From NCBI GenBank assembly GCA_963796275.1, contig CAWCKY010000006.1:128001-192000 (forward strand): a stretch of DNA of 64,000 nt. Direction: 5' to 3'. The notes below the pieces were generated by a model, which had not been told where the DNA came from, did no database searches, and saw only the letters and a list, made by a program, of their open reading frames with translations. Shown here piece by piece: positions 51,145-63,900 of this stretch. The stretch is from an uncultured Acidobacteriota bacterium. Lineage in GTDB: Bacteria; Acidobacteriota; Blastocatellia; RBC074. Each line of letters starts with the position of its first letter. Within the stretch, counting starts at the first letter, position 1. The translations under genes and the position numbers were made by a program.

Positions 51145-54100
51145 GTGAGCACAAAAAGCAGAACCATTGAAGATACCTATCCGCTCTCTCCGCTGCAGGA
51201 AGGGTTGTTGTTCCACAGCCTGCTCGCTCCGGATTCCGGCGTTTACGTCACTCAGGTCACGTGTACGCTGCGCAACTTGAACGTCCCGGCGCTGGAGCGC
51301 GCCTGGCGCCAGGTTACCGACCGGCAACCGATTTTGCGCACGGCCTTCGTCTGGAAAAATCTGGACCGACCGCTTCAGGTGGTGGGACGTAAAGTGGGCG
51401 TGCCGTTGGAACGGCAAGACTGGCGCGGCATGTCGGCGCTGGATCAGGCAGAGCGGTTCGCCGCCTATCTGGAGGCCGATCGTCGTCGCGGTTTTAAAAT
51501 CTCTAAAGCCCCGTTGATGCGCCTGGCCTTATTCCAGGTGGCTGAAGATACCTACCGCTTTGTGTGGAGCCATCATCACATCCTGCTGGATGGGTGGTCT
51601 GTTCATCACCTGATCAAAGAAGTATTCGTTTTGTATGAAGGCTTATGCCGCGGCCAAGCTATTCGCCTTGAACCAATCCGCACTTATCGCGACTACATCG
51701 CCTGGCTCCGGCAGCAGGATCTGGCTTTGGCTGAAAGCTACTGGCGGCGGGCACTGCGGGGCTTTCAGGCCCCGACTTCCCTGGGCGTGGGTCGAGCTAA
51801 TGGCTGCGCCTCTACCCGGGATGAGTCACCTGGCGAACAACGAGTCAGGCTCTCAGCAGATACCACAGCTGCTTTACAGTCCCTGGCGCGGCGGAGCCAG
51901 CTGACACTGAATACCCTGGTCCAGGGCGCTTGGGCGTTGCTGCTCAGTCGCTATAGTGGAGAAGAGGATGTGACCTTTGGAGCGGTTGTTTCAGGTCGCC
52001 CGGCGGAACTTCCAGGGGTTGAGAAGATAGTGGGGCTCTTCATCAATACGCTACCGGTGCGGGTAAAGGTAGAGCCCGGGGCGCAGCTCTTGAGCTGGTT
52101 GCGGGAATTACAGGAGCAACAGGTTGAGATGCGGCGATTTGAGTATAGTCCGTTGGTTCAGGTGCAGGGATGGAGCGGAGCCCCACGAGACTTACCGCTG
52201 TTCGAAAGCCTGTTCGCCTTTGAGAACTACCCGGTGGAGGCGCCAGCCCTGGGGAGTCAAATGAGTCTGGAGGCGTATGATTATCATGTTATTGAAAAGG
52301 TCAACTATCCCCTGGCTCTCATAGCCGGACCAGGCCAGGAATTGGCGCTCAAGATCCTTTACGATCCTCACCGTTTTGACTCAGCGACAACTGCGAGAAC
52401 GCTGAAGCATTTGCAAAATTTGCTGGAAGACATTGTGGCCAATCCTGAGCAGCGGCTCTCAGATATAAGACTCCTGACCGAGACTGAGCGGCGCCAGCTG
52501 CTGGTAGAGTGGAACGATACCGAGACTCACTACCCCAAAGATCGATGTATCCAGGATTTGTTTGAGGAGCAAGTCGAGCGCAATCCAGAAGCGATTGCGG
52601 TGGTCTTTCAGGACGAGCAGCTAAGTTATTACGAACTGAACCGCCGGGCCAATCAACTCGCCGCTTACCTCGGAAATCTGGGAGTCGGCCCGGAAACGCC
52701 GGTGGGCTTTTGCCTGGCGCGTTCCCCGGAGATGGTCGTCGGGATTCTCGGCATCTTGAAGGCCGGCGGAACCTATGTGCCGTTAGACCCGGCATATCCC
52801 AAAGAGCGCCTGGCCTTCATGCTCGAGGATACCCGGACGCCGGTGATCCTGGTTCAGCAAAAGTTGATCGAGCGCCTGCCGGAGCATCAGGCTCGTGTCG
52901 TTCGAATAGACGCAGACTGGGGATTGATGGCGCGGGAGAGCGAGGCGAACCGGGCGAGCGGGGCGACAGCCGGTCATCTGGCCTACGTTATGTACACCTC
53001 GGGCTCGACCGGCAGGCCGAAAGGGATCGCCATCCCGCACCGGGCCATCAACCGGCTGGTCTTCAATACCAACTACATCGAGATGACGTCCGAGGACCGG
53101 ATGGCATTGGCGTCGAATTCCGCCTTCGACGCGGCGACCTTCGAGCTGTGGGGCGCGCTGCTGCACGGGGCGCGGCTGGTGGGGATCAGCAGAGATGTGG
53201 CGTTGTCGCCCGCCGATCTGGCGACGGAGATTCGCGCGCAGGGGATCAGCGCGATGTTTTTGACCACGGCTCTGTTCAATCAAATAGCGCGCGAAGTCCC
53301 GGCGGCGTTCGGGTCGGTGAGGAGCGTGTTGTTCGGCGGCGAAGCGGTAGACCTCAATTCGGTGAAAGAGGTTCTGAAGCATAACCCTCCGGCACGATTG
53401 CTACATGTCTATGGGCCGACCGAGAGCACAACCTTCACCACCTGGTATCCGGTGCAAGGGCTGCCGGAAGGGGCCGTAACCGCGCCGATTGGCCGCCCGC
53501 TGGCCAACACGCAGGTCTACTTGCTGGATGGTAGTTTACAACCCGCGCCGGTGGGCGTCGGGGGCGAGTTATACATCGGCGGCGATGGACTGGCGTGGGG
53601 ATATTTCATGCGGCCGGAGCTGACGGCTGAGAAGTTCATTCCGAATCCGTTCAGCCAGGAACCGGGAGCGCGGCTCTATCGGACTGGAGACCTGGCGCGT
53701 TACTGGCCGGATGGCGCCATCGAGTTCCTGGAGCGGCTCGACCAACAGGTGAAGATTCGCGGCTTCCGGATTGAGCTGGGAGAGATTGAAGCCGTGTTGG
53801 ACGGGCATCCGGCTGTCCGGGAGACCGTGGTCCTTGCCCAGGAAGAAAGACCTGGGGAGAAGCGCCTGGTGGCGTATCTGATCGCTAACCAGAACGCTGA
53901 ATTGTCCATCAGTGAATTGCGCGATCTTGTCGGTGAGAAGTTGCCAGATTACATGATGCCTTCGGTGTTTATGACGTTGGAATCCTTGCCGTTGACGCCA
54001 AATGGCAAAGTGGATCGGAAAGCGCTGCCCCAGCCTGAGTGGACCCGGCCTGAATTGGAAAGCGCCTTTAAAGCGTCGCGTAACGCCACAGAGGAGATGT

Positions 54101-57100
54101 TGACGGGAATTTGGACCGTCGTCCTCGGACTTGATCGGGTAGGTGTCCATGACAACTTCTTCGAGTTGGGGGGGCATTCATTAGTTGCTATCCGGATTAT
54201 CTCCCGCGTTCGCGAAGCCTTTAAGGTGGAGCTAGCTCTGCGCGACCTGTTTGAAATACCTACTGTTGCCGGCCTGACCAAAAAGATCGAGACGCTGATG
54301 AGGGTCGATCAAGGTCTGCAGGCGCCTCCAATTGAGCGCGTTACACGGGACGGAAAGTTACCGCTTTCATTCGGCCAACAGCGGCTGTGGTTCCTCGACA
54401 AACTGGCGCAAGGTAGTTCTTTCTATAATGTTTCATCCCTATTCCGGGTAAATGGAAAATTGGATGTGGCAGCTATGGAGTGGAGTCTGAACGAGATCGT
54501 GCGGCGCCACGAAGTGCTGAGGACCACTTTTTCGAGCGTGGGCGGGCAACCGATTCAGGCCATCTCGCCGGCCGTGTCGCTGACGTTACCATTGATTGAT
54601 TTGACTGAGTTGTCGGAAGGCGATCGCGATGCAGAAGGGCGGCGGTTGACTGTTGAAAATACGAACCTCCCTTTTGATTTAGCTCGAGGCCCATTGTTCA
54701 GAGCTACCCTGCTACGTCTTGGAGCAGAGGATCACATATTTCTCTTTACCACGCATCACATTATCTTCGATGGCTGGTCCTCAGGAGTTCTCGTTCGGGA
54801 GTTTTCAACCCTCTACAAGGTTTTTACCGAAGGGAGTTCTTCACCGCTTCCTGATTTGCCGCTTCAGTATGCCGATTTTGCCCATTGGCAGCGCCACTGG
54901 GTGCAGGGCGAGGTTTTAGAAAATCTATTGTCGTACTGGAAAACGCAATTAAGTGGAAGCACACCCGTTTTGGAATTGCCGACGGATCGGCCTCGACCGG
55001 CATTTCAAACTTTTCGAGGCGCCACGCAACCGATAAATCTTCCCAAGGGATTGAGCGAGTCATTAAAAGAGCTGAGTCGTTGTGAGGGCGCGACCTTGTT
55101 CATGACGCTGCTGGCGGCTTTCCAGACCTTACTACATCGTTACAGTGGTCAGAACGATATCCTGGTGGGTTCTCCCATTGCCGGCCGCACCCAAGCGCCG
55201 ATTGAGGATCTCATCGGGTTTTTTGTGAATACCTTGGTATTACGTACTGACTTCTCCGGCGATCCGACATTTCAAGAAATGTTGGGAGAGGTACGCAAGG
55301 TAACGCTTGAGGCGTATGCCCATCAGGATTTGCCTTTTGAACAGTTGGTGGACGCCTTGCAACCCGACCGGGCTTTGAGCCATTCACCTTTATTTCAAGT
55401 CATGTTCGTTCTCCAGAACACGACGCGTCAGACATTAGAGTTGCCGGGTTTGACTTTGAGTAGTTTGCAGACAGAAGGAAGAACCGCGAAGTTTGATTTG
55501 ACCTTGTACTTGACCGACACCGAGCGAGGATTAAGCGGAATTCTGGAATACAACACCGACCTGTTTGACCCGGCCACGGCCACTCAGATGGAGAGACATT
55601 TCCAAACCTTGCTGGCCCACATCATTGCTGACCCGCAGCAGCGGATTTCAAACTTGACGCTGATGGCGGAACCAGAACAGCGGCAATTGATCGTCGAGTG
55701 GAATGACACCGAAAGCGATTACCCACTGGATCAGTGCATCCATCAATTGTTTGAAGCTCAGGTGGCGCGAACGCCTGAGGCCATTGCGGCAGTATTTGAG
55801 GATGAGCAATTAACCTATAACGAACTGAGCCAACGTGCCAATCAATTGGCGCGTCACCTGCAGAAGCTTGGGGTGGGGCCCGCGGCCCTCGTCGGAATTT
55901 GCGTGGAGCGCAGCCCGGAGATGCTGATAGGGCTTTTGGGGATTCTCAAAGCCGGAGGCGCTTACGTGCCTCTCGACCCGGCGTATCCGAAGGAGCGCTT
56001 AGCCTTCATGTTGCAGGATACTCAGGCACCGGTTTTGTTGACGAACCACCGGCTGGTTGAAAGGATGATCGAGGATCGAGGATCGAAGGTCGAGGGTAGT
56101 GATTCTCAATCATCGAATATCACGTCCATCCTCGATCATAGTTGCCAGGTGGTCTGCTTGGACAACGATTGGCAGACGATCTCACAAAATAGCCGGCAAA
56201 ACCTGGTCTGTGAGGTGAGGGCTGACAACCTGGCATACGTCATATATACGTCTGGCTCGACAGGTAAGCCCAAAGGGGTTCAAATTCCCCATCGTGCCGT
56301 GGCCAACTTCCTGGAATCCATGCGCAAGCAGCCTGGGCTGACAGCCATGGATACACTTCTTTCCGTCACCACCTTATCCTTCGATATTGCCGCGCTCGAG
56401 CTTTTCTTACCTATTACCGTGGGCGCTCGTGTGGTTGTGGTCAGTCGCGAAGTCGCCGCTGATGGAGACCGATTGAAGGAACTGATCGCTTCTGGTGTTA
56501 CGGTCATGCAAGCGACTCCGGCTACCTGGAGACTGCTTCTGGAAGCCGATTGGCAGGGCAGCAAACGACTGAAAATACTCTGCGGCGGAGAAGCGCTTTC
56601 GCGAGAATTGGCGGATCACTTGTTAGAGATGGGTCTTTCTCTGTGGAATTTATATGGCCCTACGGAAACCACCATCTGGTCCGCTGTTAATGAAGTCGGA
56701 CCCGGTCATGGCCTTGTCTCTATCGGACGTCCGATCCCCAACACGCAGATTTATATATTAGATCGCCATTTGCAGCCTCTACCAATCGGTGTGCCCGGCG
56801 AACTACACATTGGCGGCGACGGCCTTTCTGAAGGCTATCTCAAACGACCCGAGCTGACGGCCGAGAAGTTCGTCCCGAATCCTTATAGCCGCGAGCCGGG
56901 GGCGCGCCTGTATAAGACCGGAGATATGGCCCGCTTTCTCTCCAATGCCGATATCGAAGTCCTTGGCCGTATCGACCATCAGGTGAAGATTCGAGGCTTT
57001 CGCATTGAATTGGGAGAGATAGAAGCCACGCTAAGCCAACACCCGGCTGTTCAGCATGTTGTCGTCCTGGCTCAGGAGGATAAGCCTGGCGACTTGGCAT

Positions 57101-60100
57101 CCCATCCGGGTGGGATCGGAGCAAGCAAGCGCCTGGTGGCCTATGTCGTTCCAAATCAGGAATCAGTGCCCACTCCTGGTGAGTTGCGTAGCTTTCTTAA
57201 GGAAAAGCTGCCCGAGTACATGACCCCCTCGGCCTTTTTGATATTGGAGAAGTTGCCTTTGACACCCAACGGCAAGGTAGATCGGCATGCGCTACCTAAG
57301 GACGACGGAATCATATCGGACCAGAAAGGTTTAATAGCGCCGCGCAGCCCGGTGGAAGAGATGCTGGCAGAAATTTGGACGGAGGTACTTGGGCTTGAGC
57401 AGTTCAGCGTTCACGATAATTTTTTCGAGCTAGGAGGGCATTCCTTGCTGGCAACTCGAAGTGATCTCCCGGCTGCGCGATACTTTCCAAGTCGATTTGC
57501 CTGTACGCCGAATTTTTGAAGCCTCTACCATAGCCGGGCTGGCCGAGCGCATTGAAATGGTCTTGCGCGCAGGTGAGGATTCGCAGAATTCACCGATTGA
57601 GCGCGTTTCAAGAGACCAGGATTTGCCCTTATCCTTTGCCCAACAGCGCTTGTGGTTTATCGATCAGTTAGACCGCGGCAATCCCGCATATAATTTTCCC
57701 ATTGCCGTTCGCCTGACGGGCTCACTCAACGTGGCGGCGCTAGAACGAAGCCTTAATGAAATCGTGAGGCGTCATGAAGCGCTACGCACGATCTATAGTG
57801 AGCTCAAGGGCCAACCGGTCCAGATTATCGCTACCATTCTAACCCTGCCTCTACCGGTGCTGGATCTCAGGGCGTTGTCTGAGAGCAACCGAGAGGCGCA
57901 AGCCATGCGGTTGGCAGTGGAAGAGAGCAGGCGGCCTTTTAACCTCGCCCAAGGCCCATTGTTACGCGTTGGCTTATTGAAATTGGACGACGAGGAGCAC
58001 GTGCTGTTGCTGACTGTGCATCATATCGTCACTGACGGTTGGTCCATGGGGGTGCTCTTCCGGGAAATCGCAACGCTTTATGAAGCCTACGCAACTGGAA
58101 TCCCCTCCCGATTGCCTGAGCTTCTGATTCAGTATGCGGACTTTGCTCATTGGCAACGGCAATGGCTCCAGGACGAAGTTTTGCAGACGCAGCTTTCCTA
58201 CTGGAAGCAACAACTCAAAGGCATCCCTGCCATCTTAGAGCTGCCTACAGACTATCCGCGCCCAGCAGTTCGAACTTTCCGAGGCGCGCGTCAAGCACTG
58301 GCGCTGCCCAAGGCACTTTCCGAGGCGCTTAAAAGTTTGAGCCGCCAGGAAGGCGTTACTCTATTCATGACTCTGATGGCAGCATTCCAGACCTTGCTGT
58401 ACCGTTATACGGAACAAGAAGACATCCTCGTAGGCACGCCAATCGCCAATCGCAATCGGACCGAGATAGAAGGCCTTATTGGGTTCTTCGTCAATACCTT
58501 ACTCCTACGCGCTCATTTTTTCAGCAATCTGAATTTCCAGGAATTGTTGGCTCAGGTCCGCGAAACGGCGCTGGGAGCCTATGCTCATCAAGACCTGCCT
58601 TTCGAAAAGTTGGTGGAGGAGCTGGACCCGCAACGGGATTTAAGCAGCACACCACTGTTTCAGGTGATGTTCGTTCTTCAGAATGCTCCGCGGGAAGCGT
58701 TGGATGTACCCGGTTTAAAGTTGAGCATGCTGCCGTTTGATAATGAGCTGGCAAAATTTGACTTGACGCTATCGCTGGTCGATCGATCGGACGGATTGAC
58801 CGGGTCGTTTGAGTATAATGCCGATCTTTTCGACGCCACCACCATCAGCCGGATGATCGAGCATTTCCAGACTTTGCTGGAGGGAGTTGTCGCGGACCCG
58901 AAACGGCGAATCTCCGACGCCCCACTATTAACGGCGCGGGAGTTATCGCAAGAACTCGTCGAATGGAATAGCGCCCCGGCCGAATGTACCGAGAGTCAAT
59001 GCGTCCACCAGCGGTTTGCCGAAGTGGCGGGAGCGAATCCGCAGGCCACCGCCCTGGTTTACGAAGAGGAACAGCTCACATACGACCGGCTGAACGAGCG
59101 GGCCAATCAGCTGGCTCATTACCTGATGAAACGTGGAATCGGCCCGGACGTATTGGTCGGCATCTGCATGGAGCGCTCAATCGATATGGCGGTGAGCTTG
59201 CTGGGAATCCTCAAAGCGGGTGGGGCATTTCTACCGCTGGACCCGGCATATCCGAGCGAACGTCTGGCATACATGATCAAAGATAGCGAGGCGAAGGTGA
59301 TCCTGACGCGAGGAACGAGTGAAGGACGAATATGGGAAAGAGAGGAGGAAATGATCCGGCTGGAGAGTGAATGGGAAATGATCGGGCGGGAAAGCACAGC
59401 CAATCCGGAGGCGGGGGCGACGCCCGAGAATCTGGCGTATGTGATCTATACCTCGGGGTCGACGGGCCAACCCAAGGGGACGATGCTCCATCATCGAGGC
59501 CTGCGCAATCTGATCGAGGGGCAAAGGCGAGGGTTCAATCCGGGAGCGAGCGATCGAATCCTGCAATTCTCATCGCTGAGCTTCGACGCGGCGGTATGGG
59601 AAGTGGTGATGGCGCTGATGGCGGGAGGAAGCCTGGTATTGCCGAGGCGGGAATCGCTGGCAACGGGTCAGGGACTGGTGGGGACGATGAGGGAGCAAGG
59701 GATCACGATAGTGACGTTGCCGCCGTCAATGCTGGGAGTGATGCCGGAGGAGGGGCTGCCGGAGTTACACACGATCATCACGGCGGGAGAGAAATGTCCT
59801 GGGGCATTGGCCGGGATTTGGGGGAAGGGGCGGCGATTCTTGAACGCCTACGGCCCGACGGAGACGACGGTATGCGCGTCAATATATGAGCTGGGGGAGA
59901 AGGATGTGATAGGGAGAGAGGGGAGAGGAGCTAACCCCGAAAACCCGCCGATCGGGCGGCCGATCACGAATTTCCAGATATATGTACTGGACGGGCAAAT
60001 GAGACCGGCGGCGGTGGGAATAGCTGGGGAGTTGTATATCGGGGGAGTAGGGCTGGGGCGCGGGTATCTGAACCGGCCGGAGCAGACGGCCGAGAGGTTC

Positions 60101-60922
60101 ATCCCGCATCCGTTCAGTGAGGAAGTGGGGGCGCGATTGTACAAGAGCGGGGATTTGGTGCGACGGCTGAGTGACGGGAATGTGGAATATGTGGGGCGAA
60201 TCGATCATCAGGTAAAAGTTCGAGGATTTCGCATCGAGTTGGGAGAGATCGAAGCGGTGCTGAGAGGGCGGGAGGAAATACGTGAAGTGGTTGTGATGGC
60301 GAGGGAAGATGCGCCGGGAGAACGGCGACTGGTGGCGTATCTGGCGGTGGGACCTGGGCAATCTCCCCCGATAAACGAACTGCGAAACCTGCTGCGGGAA
60401 CGATTACCAGACTATATGGTGCCGTCGGCATTCGTCACCCTGCAATCTTTCCCCTTAACCCCCAGCGGTAAAGTGGATCGCAGTGCGCTTCCGAAACCGG
60501 AATACACCCGATCGGATTTGGGCGTTGAATTCGCCTCACCACGCACACCGATGGAAGAGCAGGTGGCCGAGATTTGGACTCAGCTTCTTGGCGTTGATCG
60601 GGTCGGAATCTATGACAACTTTTTTGAATTGGGCGGTCATTCGTTGTTGGCCACCAAAGTTGTTTCCCGCGTTCGCGAGACCTTTGAAGTCGAGTTGCCC
60701 GTGCGCAGCCTTTTTGAGACGCCGAGGATGGTGGATTTGACGACAACGATATCGCAACTGCAACTCGCCACGGGAACAGACGGCTCGCGAATAGAAAGAT
60801 CAGAACGGGGAGAGAAAAACATCGAGGAGCTTGTCGCCGAATTGGCCCATCTATCGGATGACGATGTGCAGGCTATGCTTGCTGAGGAAATGAATTTAGC
60901 CGGAGAAATCTATAATGACTGA
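51145..60922 (+). CDS. NRPS C(DCL)-A(Ile)-T-C-A(Gly)-T-C-A(Phe)-T; one apparent frameshift (~57460) inside the second T domain
   Basis: HHHILLDGWS; codes DAFFLGVTFK (Ile), DILQLGLIWK (Gly), DAWTIAAVCK (Phe); removing one base restores GGHSLLATRVISR; docking tail LSDDDVQAML. Confidence 0.88.
52638..53765 (+). repeat. Ile A-domain repeat, copy 1 (near-identical to 62480-63607; 5' part also matches 1-535)
   Basis: Constant offset of 9842 to copy 2, with few substitutions. Confidence 0.92.
56065..56139. repeat. GAGGATC-heptamer hairpin inserted in frame in the Gly A domain
   Basis: Perfect 12-bp arms atgatcgaggat / atcctcgatcat; encodes MIEDRGSKVEGSDSQSSNITSILDH between NHRLVER and SCQVVCLD. 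Confidence 0.85.
58862..60489 (+). repeat. Phe A-domain repeat, copy 2
   Basis: Matches 5574-7201. Confidence 0.92.
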
Positions 60923-63900
60923 TATCGCCAGGACAATCTCTTCTCTGTCTCCGGAGAAACGGGCGCTGCTGGCGCTCAAACTCAAGGAGCGAGGCAGCCA
61001 GTTCAATACGTTTCCTCTCTCATTCGCCCAGCAGCGGTTGTGGTTCCTCGACCAGTTGACGCCCGGAAGCCCTGTTTACAACATTCACGCCGCGGTACGG
61101 CTCACCGGCAGCCTCGACTCGTGGGCTCTGGAGCGATGCTTTGACGAGATCGTCCGCCGCCACGAAGCTCTGCGGACCACATTTACCATCGTGGATGGAA
61201 ATCCAGCGCAAATTGTAGGAAGGCATCGACCAGTCAGACTGAGGCTGGTGGATTTGAGCGAACTGCCGCCTGATGAAAGCGAGGCGCAAGCTACACAACT
61301 GATCGCTGAGGAGAGCCAGTGGCCCTTCGATCTTACATCCGGCCCGCTTCTGCGAGTGACGTTGTACCGGATGAGCGAGGTGGATCATGTTCTGCTCTTT
61401 GGCGTCCATCACATTATCTCCGACGGATGGTCTACAGGCGTACTGATCCGGGAGGTGGCGGCTTTGTATAGCGCTTTTTTACTTGGCAAACCCTCGCCGC
61501 TCGGCGAACTGCCGATTCAGTACGCCGATTATGCCCGGTGGCAGCGCAAACATTTGCAAGGCGAGAGGATCGATTCGCTGCTCGATTATTGGAAGCGTCG
61601 CCTGGAAGGATACTCGCAGGTGTTGGATCTGCCGACCGATCGGCCTCGCCCGGCTGTGGCTTCTTTCCGGGGAGCGCATCGGTCGATAGCGCTGTCCAGG
61701 AAGCTTTCAGATGCGGTCAAAGCTCTGGGTCTGCAAGAAAAAGCCACGCCATTTATGACGCTCCTGGCGGCCTTACAAACGCTGCTCTATCGCTACACCG
61801 GACAGGAGGATATTTGCGTCGGGTCGCCCATCGCCGGCCGCAATCGAGGAGAGACCGAAGGACTGATCGGATTTTTTGTCAACACGCTGGTCATTCGCAC
61901 CGATCTGGGCGGCGATCCGAGTTTCTGCGATCTGTTGGGGCGAGTGCGTGAGAGCGCTTTAGGCGCTTACGCGCATCAGGAACTGCCTTTTGAGACGCTG
62001 GTGGAGAAGATCCAGCCGGAACGAAGCATGAGCCACACTCCAATCTTCCAGGTGGCTTTCGCTTATCAAAACGTGTTTACGGAAGCGTTAGAACTGCCGG
62101 GGCTGACGCTACGCCGCGTGGAACTGGAGCATCGGACGACGAAGTTCGATCTGACTGTGGCCGTGACTGAAACGCCGGATGGGTTGAACGTTTCAGTCGA
62201 GTACAACACCGATCTACTCAACGACGATACCATCGCCCGTCTGCTCGAACATTATCGAATTCTGTTGGAAGACGCCGTCGCATATCCGGATCGTCGTATT
62301 TCAGATTTGCCCCTCCTGAATGAGGCGGAGCAACGCCTGCTCTTGTCCACGTGGAATGATACGAGGACGGAGTATCCGCGCGACAAATGCGTGCATGAGT
62401 TGTTCGAGGCGCAGGTGGAGAGATGCCCCGACACGATTGCGTTGGTGGTCGAGGAGGAGCAGCTTACCTACCGGGAGTTGAACCGCCGGGCCAATCAACT
62501 CGCCGCTTACCTCGGAAATCTGGGAGTCGGGCCGGAAACGCCGGTGAGCTTTTGCCTGGAGCGTTCCCCGGAGATGGTCGTCGGGATTCTCGGCATCTTG
62601 AAGGCCGGCGGAACCTATGTGCCGTTAGACCCGGCATATCCCAAAGAGCGCCTGGCCTTCATGCTCGAGGATACCCGGACGCCGGTGATCCTGGTTCAGC
62701 AAAAGCTGATCGAGCGCCTGCCGGAGCATCAGGCTCGTGTCGTTCGAATAGACGCAGACTGGGAATTGATGGCACGGGAGAGCGAGGCGAACCGGGCGAG
62801 CGGGGCGACAGCCGGTCATCTGGCCTACGTTATGTACACCTCGGGCTCGACCGGCAAGCCGAAAGGGATCGCCATCCCGCACCGGGCCATCAACCGGCTG
62901 GTCTTCAATACCAACTACATCGAGATGACGTCCGAGGACCGGATGGCATTGGCGTCGAATTCCGCCTTCGACGCGGCGACCTTCGAGTTGTGGGGCGCGC
63001 TGCTGCACGGGGCGCGGCTGGCGGGGATCAGCAGAGATGTGGCGTTGTCGCCCGCCGATCTGGCGACGGAGATTCGCGCGCAGGGGATCAGCGCGATGTT
63101 TTTGACCACGGCTCTGTTCAATCAAATGGCGCGCGAAGTCCCGGCGGCGTTCGGGTCGGTGAGGAGCGTGTTGTTCGGCGGCGAAGCGGTAGACCTCAAT
63201 TTGGTGAAAGAGGTTCTGAAGCATAACCCTCCGGCACGATTGCTACATGTCTATGGGCCGACCGAGAGCACAACCTTCACCACCTGGTATCCGGTGCAAG
63301 GGCTGCCGGAAGGGGCCGTAACCGCGCCGATTGGCCGCCCGCTGGCCAACACGCAGGTCTACTTGCTGGATGGTAGTTTACAACCCGCGCCGGTGGGCGT
63401 CGGGGGCGAGTTATACATCGGCGGCGATGGACTGGCGTGGGGATATTTCATGCGGCCGGAGCTGACGGCTGAGAAGTTCATTCCGAATCCGTTCAGCCAG
63501 GAACCGGGAGCGCGGCTCTATCGGACTGGAGACCTGGCGCGTTACTGGCCGGATGGCGCCATCGAGTTCCTGGGGCGGCTCGACCAACAGGTGAAGATTC
63601 GCGGCTTTCGCATCGAATTGACGGAGATCGAAGCGGTATTGGCTCAACACCCGACCGTCCGGGAAGCCGCCGTGTTGGCTCGCGAGGACGTGGCCGGCGA
63701 GAAACGACTGGTGGCGTACGTCGCGCTCGATCCTATCGAGAGGGGTGCCGCGCCAACCGGCATAGAACTGAGAAGCTACTTACGGCAAAAGCTACCTGAG
63801 TATATGACACCTTCCGTCTTCGTCGAGTTGGACGCCCTGCCGCTGACGCCAAACGGGAAGGTGGATCGCCGGGCGCTGCCCGCACCCGACCCGGCTAACA

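Noticed and set aside
16716-56139. Inteins or introns as the explanation for the in-frame A-domain inserts
   Set aside because: The inserts are too short, lack intein N-terminal Cys/Ser and C-terminal His-Asn signatures, and show no group I/II intron features.
30350-57467. Pseudogenes or programmed frameshifting in the NRPS genes
   Set aside because: No slippery heptamers, no other decay, and a shared GATCT context favour sequencing error. Not proven without reads.
25981-57519. Calcium-dependent lipopeptide (Asp-x-Asp-Gly motif)
   Set aside because: The predicted order Asn-Asp-Asp-Thr-Ile-Gly does not match the motif.
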